In this document: piece after piece, positions 56,011-64,000 of the stretch
Numbering within the stretch: the first letter of the stretch is position 1
How the letters are laid out: every line of letters starts with the position of its first letter
DNA from: an uncultured Gammaproteobacteria bacterium
Lineage (GTDB): Bacteria > Patescibacteriota > Patescibacteriia > SG8-24 > DYFX01
NCBI GenBank assembly: GCA_964404275.1
Contig: CAYOJH010000006.1
Span: 1,525-65,524, forward strand
Direction of reading: 5' to 3'
DNA length: 64,000 bases
The notes under the pieces: generated by a model
Seen by the model: only the letters and a program-made list of their open reading frames with translations
The model's database searches: none
Told to the model about the DNA's origin: nothing
Made by a program: the position numbers and the translations under genes

Positions 56011-57717
56011 TTATTCCGCCGCGGCCAGGACTTCTTCGACCGTCGTCAGGCCGTCGACGGCTTTGAGCAAGCCGTCCTGCGCCATCGTGATCATACCTTG
56101 CTTGACCGCGATCGCCTGCATGTCGTACTCGGAGACGCTGCCGGACAGGATGACCTTCTCGATCTCCGGGCTCATGGTGAAAATTTCGTAGATGCCGACA
56201 CGGCCTTTGTAACCGGAGTTGCCGCACTCCGCGCAGCCTTTGCCTTTCCAGAATTTCAGATGCGTCAGGTCCGGCTTATCGCCGTCAGCCATCGCGCCGA
56301 GAATCTCTTTCACCTTCTTGGCTTGGTCCGCGTCGGGCGCGGCCTCCGCCTTGCATTTCTCATGGATGCGGCGGACCAGGCGCTGGCCGATCACGGCGTT
56401 CAAGGCAGGCGCGAGCAGGAACGGCTTCACGCCCATCGACAGGAAACGGGGGATGGCGCCGGCCGCGCTGTTGGTATGGATCGTCGAGACCATCAAGTGG
56501 CCGGTCAGCGAGGCTTGAATGGCGGTTTCGGCCGTTTCGAGGTCGCGGATTTCGCCGACCATGATGACGTCGGGGTCCTGGCGCAACACCGCGCGGAGTC
56601 CCTTGGCGAAGGTGTAATCCTTCGAGAGATCGATCGGCGATTGGTTGATGCCCTCGAGCGCGTATTCGACTGGATCTTCGAGCGTGATGATCTTGGTGTC
56701 CGAGGTGTTGAGCTTTTTCAAAATGGCGTAGAGCGTGGTCGTCTTACCGGAGCCGGTCGGACCGGTCGTGATGATCATGCCGTTGGGCCGTTCGATCTCG
56801 CGCTTGAGCTGCTCGAAGGCCTTGCCGCGGATGCCGAGCTGATCGAAACCGAGGCTGATCGTCGCGGGGCGGAGCAAGCGCATGACGACCGATTCGCCGT
56901 ACGAGGTTGGCACGGTCGAGACGCGGACTTCGGTCTTCTGCCCGCCGATATGGATGGTGAAGCGGCCGTCCTGGGGGATGTTGTTGATGTTGATCTTCAA
57001 GCTCGAGAACAGCTTGATGCGCGAAATGATGCGCGGCCAGAGCGCGTGATCGAGCCGGGCCGCGTCTTGAAGCACGCCGTCGATGCGATAGCGCACGACC
57101 ACGTCTTTTTCCTCGGCTTCGATGTGGATGTCGGAGGCGTCGCCTTTGAGCGCGCCGGCGATCATGATCGTGACGGCGTCGGTGATGTCCGCGCCTTTCA
57201 AGAGCGCGTCGATCTCCTTGTACGAACCCATTTTCTCCTGGAACTTCTTGAGTTCCGACTCGGTGATCTCGACGCCTTTGACGATCTTGCGGATTTTCGG
57301 CAGCGCGTCGTAGAGCTTGAGCGCGTGGGCGAAGCTCTGTTCCGAGATGATGTAGACGCCGACATTGGCATGCGCCCGTTCGCCGACCTGGTAGGCAGCT
57401 TCTTTGACGTCCTGGCGGGAAGGGTCGACCGCGCCGACGCGCACTTCGTCGCCGGTCTGCAGGAAGACGACCGCCTTGAGCGCTTCGGCCTGCTCCTGCG
57501 ACAAAAGCGTCAGGGCTTCGGGCGAAATCGGGAAGCCTTTCAAACTGATGTACGCCGCGCCGAGCGCCGCGCCGCGTTTGGCGGTTTCTTTCTCCTTCGC
57601 CTGCAGCTCGAGCTCGCGCATTTTCGTCGCGAACTTGGCCTGGGCGTCGGGAGAGGAAACGCTCGGCAGCTTTGTTTTTTTCAGCAGGTCTTCAATTGAA
57701 GCGTTGGCGTTCGACAT
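56011..57717 (-). CDS. type II/IV secretion system ATPase (GspE/PilB family; type IV pilus assembly ATPase-like)
   Basis: N-terminal GSPII_E_N-like domains, Walker A GPTGSGKTTTLYAIL, Asp/His boxes, C-terminal tetracysteine CAECGNSGYKGRVG. Confidence 0.85.
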   Translation of the reverse strand: MSNANASIEDLLKKTKLPSVSSPDAQAKFATKMRELELQAKEKETAKRGAALGAAYISLKGFPISPEALTLLSQEQAEALKAVVFLQTGDEVRVGAVDPSRQDVKEAAYQVGERAHANVGVYIISEQSFAHALKLYDALPKIRKIVKGVEITESELKKFQEKMGSYKEIDALLKGADITDAVTIMIAGALKGDASDIHIEAEEKDVVVRYRIDGVLQDAARLDHALWPRIISRIKLFSSLKININNIPQDGRFTIHIGGQKTEVRVSTVPTSYGESVVMRLLRPATISLGFDQLGIRGKAFEQLKREIERPNGMIITTGPTGSGKTTTLYAILKKLNTSDTKIITLEDPVEYALEGINQSPIDLSKDYTFAKGLRAVLRQDPDVIMVGEIRDLETAETAIQASLTGHLMVSTIHTNSAAGAIPRFLSMGVKPFLLAPALNAVIGQRLVRRIHEKCKAEAAPDADQAKKVKEILGAMADGDKPDLTHLKFWKGKGCAECGNSGYKGRVGIYEIFTMSPEIEKVILSGSVSEYDMQAIAVKQGMITMAQDGLLKAVDGLTTVEEVLAAAE

Positions 57718-58740
57718 TTAGCGCAAAAGCCGTTCGAACCAGCGCGCGATCTTGGAGGAGCCTCCGTGCCCGCGCACGTGGAGCTTGTTGAACAGCGTGA
57801 CCCAGACCGCGTACTGATAGGCGGCCAGGAGCGAACCGACGAAAGCGAGGAAGAGCACGCCGAGCACGGCGGCGATGAGCGCGACGACGCCGATCGCCAG
57901 GCTGCTTTGCAGCAGGGAGGCGCCGATCAGGAAGGGGAGCAGCGCGATGGCCGCGGCCGCGGTGACGGCGCCGATGCCGAAGGCGGCCAGCAAGTTGATG
58001 ACGAAGAGCAGGAGCGCGGTTTCGAGGCTGATCAGCCAGTATTTCTTGAAGAGCGCGAAGGCGGATTCGATCGCCGCCATGAACGGCAGGCGCTGCAGGA
58101 CGACGTAGCAGGCGGCGTAGATCGTCACGAAGCCGAGCGCCAGCGTGATCGGCACGAACAAGACGAAGCCGCAGAGGTAGGCGAAGACGTTCAGCAGGCT
58201 GGCCGACGTCAGGTACAGCACGGTCAGCGCCAGCAGGAAATAGAAGAAGGCCATGATCGCCAAGCGCGAGACGATGTTGATCGCGAGCAGCGGGCCGAAC
58301 GTTTCGTTGCCGGCGGCGAAGAGCGAGCCGAAACGCGTCTTGCGTCCGCGCGCCGCGTCGCGCACGCCCGCGATCAAGCCGCCCTGGGCGGACAGCACGA
58401 CCCAGATCGCCACGATCGCGAGCGCGACCGCGGTCAGGCCGACAAGCAGCAGCACGGCGAGGTTGGCGGATCCGAGCGCGTGGATCGCGCCGGCCTCGCG
58501 GCTCCAGCCGGGCAGGAGGCCGAGCGTGAAGAAGCTGCCGAAATCATCCTGGAGGCCCAGGCGCCCGGTACCCTGGACGAGCAGTTCATAGACGCCGCCG
58601 TTCCCGAGGAACGAGACGAAAAAGCCCAAGAGCCACAGCGCCTTGTTGCGCCGCACGAGTCCCCAGGCTTCCGCCAGGATGTGGCGATAAAACGTTCCGG
58701 ACGGTTTCTTGGCGACCCTTCCTCCAAAGAAGTCAAACAT
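57718..58740 (-). CDS. polytopic integral membrane protein, function unknown
   Basis: ~7 predicted TM segments; immediately downstream of and coupled to PilB-like ATPase. Confidence 0.5.
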   Translation of the reverse strand: MFDFFGGRVAKKPSGTFYRHILAEAWGLVRRNKALWLLGFFVSFLGNGGVYELLVQGTGRLGLQDDFGSFFTLGLLPGWSREAGAIHALGSANLAVLLLVGLTAVALAIVAIWVVLSAQGGLIAGVRDAARGRKTRFGSLFAAGNETFGPLLAINIVSRLAIMAFFYFLLALTVLYLTSASLLNVFAYLCGFVLFVPITLALGFVTIYAACYVVLQRLPFMAAIESAFALFKKYWLISLETALLLFVINLLAAFGIGAVTAAAAIALLPFLIGASLLQSSLAIGVVALIAAVLGVLFLAFVGSLLAAYQYAVWVTLFNKLHVRGHGGSSKIARWFERLLR

Positions 58741-58769
58741 AGTGCCTCAAGTATAACAGAAAAGAAGCC

Positions 58770-59294
58770 TTACGGCTTCTTGAGATGGATCATCGCCATG
58801 TGGATGGCCTGCTTGGTGTAGGCCTTGCGATCCACGCGGCCTTCGGTCAGGAGCCCGATCGCGCCGGCCGTGTTGCCGATCTTGGGATCGTCGGTGCGGC
58901 CGGATTTGTAGAAGGCGTCGTTCATGGTCAGGCCTTCTTCGAGCATCATCTTGGTGATCTCCGGCGGGCATTCCCAGGCCGATGAAATTCCCGTCACGTG
59001 CCGCTCGCCGTTCCAGATCGCGCAGACGCAGACGTCCATGTGGCCGGTTTCGGTATGCGGCACCTGCATCAGCCCCGACTCGAGGCCGAAGCCGACGCCG
59101 CCCTCCTGCCAAGCGTGCTTGGCGCGGTTGATCGCGCCGCGCATCGTCTCCTCCAGCGATTTCGGCTGCTCGGAAACGCCCGACGTCGCTTCGAAGCCGA
59201 CGACTTCGCAGTCCGCGAAGGCGGGATAGTCCGCCAGCGCCTCGCGCACGGCTTCGACTTTGGCGGGATTCAGCGAACCGACGTAGATCTTCAT
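58770..59294 (-). CDS. inosine/xanthosine triphosphatase (YjjX/DUF84 non-canonical NTP phosphatase)
   Basis: MKIYVGSLNPAKVEAVREAL and ESGL motif arrangement of YjjX family. Confidence 0.65.
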   Translation of the reverse strand: MKIYVGSLNPAKVEAVREALADYPAFADCEVVGFEATSGVSEQPKSLEETMRGAINRAKHAWQEGGVGFGLESGLMQVPHTETGHMDVCVCAIWNGERHVTGISSAWECPPEITKMMLEEGLTMNDAFYKSGRTDDPKIGNTAGAIGLLTEGRVDRKAYTKQAIHMAMIHLKKP

Positions 59295-59328
59295 GCGGGC
59301 ATCTTAACGGAACGTTTCCGAAACGCAA

Positions 59329-59356
59329 GCCGACCCCTCGCGGAGTCGGTTTTTCT
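59329..59356. terminator. hairpin (copy 1 of duplicated stem-loop) ccgacccctcgcggagtcgg + T-run
   Basis: Perfect stem ccgac/gtcgg around cccctcgcgga followed by tttttc; identical core repeated at 59657..59685. Confidence 0.45.
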
Positions 59357-59389
59357 TATTGACATGTTAAAACGACTTTTGCTAGGACC

Positions 59390-59647
59390 GTGCTATCATT
59401 CTTGTACGCATTTCTTATGGAAGACGAACCGAAATTGAGCGAAGTGCTCGAGGCCGTAAAGGACGGTTTTGGCTTGATGGACGAAAAATTCGAGAAGATC
59501 GACGGGCGTTTTGACGCCGTCGATACGCGTTTCGATCGGTTGGAAAGACGGATGGACCGCCAAGAAGGCAAGATCACCATTCTCGTGAACGTCCTACAGG
59601 AAAAACGTATTATCACCGAAGACGACAAAAAGAACATCCACGCCTGA
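59390..59647 (+). CDS. small coiled-coil protein with DxRFD repeats
   Basis: 85-aa ORF (likely ATG 59417 MEDEPKL), KIDGRFDAVDTRFDRLERRMDRQ repeats; flanked by duplicated hairpins. Confidence 0.3.
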   Translation: MLSFLYAFLMEDEPKLSEVLEAVKDGFGLMDEKFEKIDGRFDAVDTRFDRLERRMDRQEGKITILVNVLQEKRIITEDDKKNIHA

Positions 59648-59656
59648 ATCGAAAGA

Positions 59657-59685
59657 ACCGACCCCTCGCGGAGTCGGTTCTTTTC
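59657..59685. terminator. hairpin (copy 2) accgacccctcgcggagtcggtt + T-rich tail
   Basis: Same 20-nt core as 59329..59356; acts as terminator between + gene and convergent ftsH. Confidence 0.45.
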
Positions 59686-59687
59686 TT

Positions 59688-61497
<1,810 letters not shown>

Positions 61498-61505
<8 letters not shown>

Positions 61506-62625
61506 TGGCTTTGGGAGCCTCGGCTTCACCGGCGCCACTCTCTTCCAAGGCCTTCAGCGAGAGGCCCAGGCGGTGCTGTTCCGGCTCGATCGAGACGATT
61601 TTGAAGGTCATCGTGTCGCCGACCTTGCCGAGGTCCGCCACGTTTTTGACCGGTTTTTTGGAGAGTTCGGAGATGTGCGCGAGGCCGTGGATGTCCTTGT
61701 CCAGCTCGACGAAGAAGCCGAAAGGGTTGATCTTCAGGACCTTTCCTTCGACGCTGTCGCCGATCTTATATTTCTCGGTGACGGTCTTCCACGGGTCCTG
61801 GATCAGCTTCTTCATGGACAGGAAGATCTTGGAGCCCTCGATGCCGATGACTTCGGCTTTGACGACGTCGCCGACTTTCACCAGGTCGCGCGGGTGGTCG
61901 ATGCGCTGCCAGGCGATTTCGGAGATGTGGACCAAGCCTTCAAGATTGTCGAACTTCACGAAGACGCCGAAGTCCGCGATGGCGGTGATGGCGCCTTCGA
62001 CGACGTCGCCGAGCTTGTACTTGTCGAGCACGCCTTTCTGGGCTTCTTCCCAGACGGCCTTTTCAGAGACGATCAGCTTCTCTTCGCGCTCGTTCACGTC
62101 GATGACTTTGACTTTCATCGAAGTGCCGACGAAGGACTTGAGCTTCTCGAGGATCTTGATCTTGTCGCCGCCGGAGACGCGCGGGTAGTTGTCGGGCGAG
62201 AGCTGCGAGACCGGCAGGAAGCCGTTCACGTGGTTCACGCGCGCGAGCAAGCCGCCCTTGTTGGCTTCGATGATCTTGGCGTCGATCAGCTCGCCGGTTT
62301 CCATCAGCTTGCGGAGCGTTTCCCAAGCCTTCTGCTGGCCGGCGTAGCGGAACGACAATTCGACCTCGCCGAGTTCGTTCTCGAGGTCGATGACGGTCGC
62401 TTCGACGTCCTGGCCGACGGACAAGCCGGAATATTCGACGGCTTCGGCGAAGAGTTCGCGTCCGCGGACGACGCCGGTCTTATAGCCTTCGATGTCGATG
62501 CGGATCTCGTTCTTTGAAAGCGAAATGATGACGCCCTTCACGACGTCCCCGACCTTGGGGATCTTCAGCCATTCCTTGTCGGCGAGGAGGGTTTTCAGGT
62601 CGACGGTAGCGGTTTTTTCTGCCAT
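61498..62625 (-). CDS. rpsA: 30S ribosomal protein S1 (short, four S1 domains)
   Basis: Four tandem S1 OB-fold repeats (GDVVKGVI..., GQDVEATVI..., GDVVEGAIT..., GDSVEGKVL...). Confidence 0.85.
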
Positions 62626-62795
62626 AGGATTTAAGAATTAATAAAGTCGCGGGCCTTTTAAGAGTTAGGATGAGGCCGCCCGCCGGCCTCTTTTAGACGC
62701 GCCAAGTATAGGGGAAAGGGGGCGAGTTGACAAGGCCCCCGCTTTAGGCTAAAACGCGAGGTCCCGCTGCCACCTCATTTTCAGAGGAGAAACGC

Positions 62796-63176
62796 ATGGG
62801 AAAGCTCCTTCTATGCCTGATGACCCTGGTTCTGTTGGCTCACGCCTGGCGCAACCGCCGCGCACGTCGCCGGAAAGAAGCGAAGCTGGCCCTGCTCGAT
62901 CGCATCGCCCGCGAGCCGGGACGCGAACTGCGCGTCTACGCCGATCGGACGATGCTTATCCCGCTCGACCGCATGCCGTTCAAGCGGCAGTGGGACTTCG
63001 CGCGTGAACTGCGTCTCGAAGGCTTGATCGACATCACGCGTCTCGCGCCGCAAGAATGCTATCGCCCCGTGGATCGGTTGATGTCGATTCTCGAGCTCAC
63101 GGGAAAAGGCCGCCAAGAGCTTCATCGCCTGACCGGTCCGCCGATCATGCGGCAAACGAAAGTGGTCCGTCGATGA
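62796..63176 (+). CDS. hypothetical small protein (first of three overlapping ORFs)
   Basis: Hydrophobic N-terminus; basic; ATGA overlap with next ORF. Confidence 0.35.
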   Translation: MGKLLLCLMTLVLLAHAWRNRRARRRKEAKLALLDRIAREPGRELRVYADRTMLIPLDRMPFKRQWDFARELRLEGLIDITRLAPQECYRPVDRLMSILELTGKGRQELHRLTGPPIMRQTKVVRR

Positions 63177-63727
63177 TCGAGATCCGTACCGTCACCACGG
63201 CGCCCGAATGGGGATTGGCCGAAGGCACGCCGACGCGCTGCGCGATCGGAGACGCGCTGCTCGCCTTCATGAAGGAAGCGAAAGGCCGCGTCCGCGTGTC
63301 GGAAGTGCTGGAGGACGCGCTCGTGCTCAGCCAGAATCTGGCCGACACCCGCGTCTTCATCCGATATGAAGGAGCGGACGCGCATCTCCATCCGCTGCTC
63401 GTGGCGCTGTGGTACTACACGCGCCACCCGCACCGCCGGGGATTGCTCGAGCGCGACGATGACCAGCGGCTCCTGGCCTGCTGCCGGCGCTTCCGAAACG
63501 ACATCAGCCAGGAAGCCGCCTTCTATCCGGGCAGCGGAGAGCTGGACGCGCATTGGCGCTACACCCTGCTCTTCACCGCCCGCGTTCGGGACAACGCCCA
63601 CATCCGCCGCGCGCTCAGGCTTCCCGAGCTCACGTTCGAGGCCTTGATCGACCTGGCCGTCGGAAAGGCCGGACGGTCCGTGCCCTTTTCCGAACTGCTC
63701 TGCATCGCCGAGACGTCCACCTCATGA
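63173..63727 (+). CDS. hypothetical protein (second of three overlapping ORFs)
   Basis: 184-aa frame, ATGA overlaps at both ends. Confidence 0.4.
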   Translation: MIEIRTVTTAPEWGLAEGTPTRCAIGDALLAFMKEAKGRVRVSEVLEDALVLSQNLADTRVFIRYEGADAHLHPLLVALWYYTRHPHRRGLLERDDDQRLLACCRRFRNDISQEAAFYPGSGELDAHWRYTLLFTARVRDNAHIRRALRLPELTFEALIDLAVGKAGRSVPFSELLCIAETSTS

Positions 63728-63987
63728 CGTCTCTTTTTCTTCAGCGCCTGGTGCTCGAAGCCTTCGCGGCTAACGGCGCGGGATATTCCGTGCCCTTCGT
63801 CTGGCCGCCCGAGATCACGCATCTGCCGATCAAGAAGCGCTGGAAGATCGTCCAGGCCTTCAAGAAACGGCGCTGGCTCGACAACGACATGATGGTGAGG
63901 ATCACGGCACGCGGCCTCGAAGCCTTGGAACGCCTGCGGAGCCGAACCCTTTCCTCGTTGCCGACCGCCCGTTTGCTCGCACGCTGA
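63724..63987 (+). CDS. hypothetical small protein (third of three overlapping ORFs)
   Basis: 87-aa basic protein; weak similarity in C-terminal half to first ORF (basic wHTH-like ...EGL.D/ARGLEALERL). Confidence 0.35.
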   Translation: MTSLFLQRLVLEAFAANGAGYSVPFVWPPEITHLPIKKRWKIVQAFKKRRWLDNDMMVRITARGLEALERLRSRTLSSLPTARLLAR

Positions 63988-64000
63988 CCCTCCGGGGTCA

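Overview
This is a high-GC (~65%) bacterial chromosomal segment. Genes are densely packed, and many adjacent genes overlap by 4 bp at stop/start (ATGA or GTGA). Much of the window is housekeeping: trmD, a ccdA/thioredoxin pair, a MacAB-like efflux operon, tsaD-tsaE, a pilB/gspE-type ATPase, ftsH, a short four-domain rpsA, and an ECF sigma factor. The envelope genes are of Gram-positive type: sortases, LPXTG-like repeat proteins, PG-binding domains, and a coiled-coil lytic transglycosylase. Together with the short S1 and the small compact genes, this fits a Patescibacteria/CPR-like or other small-genome Gram-positive-type bacterium, though taxonomy cannot be fixed from sequence alone.

Three accessory regions stand out:

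- **Integrated island, 43743-51310 (~7.6 kb).** A lower-GC element lies next to a tRNA-Glu and is flanked by 17-bp direct repeats. It carries a large serine recombinase, a small zinc-ribbon protein, and a divergently transcribed pair: a Cas4-like Fe-S PD-(D/E)xK nuclease and a 1232-aa SNF2 helicase with an unusual Cys-containing tandem-repeat C-terminus. This pair is the best candidate here for an undescribed defense system.
- **Sortase/surface-protein locus, 33896-43598.** It holds a standalone sortase, three large Cna-B/DUF11-like repeat proteins, and one ORF that fuses a substrate-like N-terminal half (repeats, sorting signal, membrane anchor) to a C-terminal sortase plus PG-binding domain. 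Two of the genes share a duplicated ~110-nt leader.
- **Exopolysaccharide locus, 20693-32889.** Two processive GT2 synthases, a NodB deacetylase, a GlmU-like nucleotidyltransferase and a further GT2 point to a deacetylated GlcNAc polymer. The locus also carries two secreted paralogs and a 1152-aa secreted protein that may be lyase-like.

Many long antisense ORFs in the six-frame track are GC artefacts and were not called.
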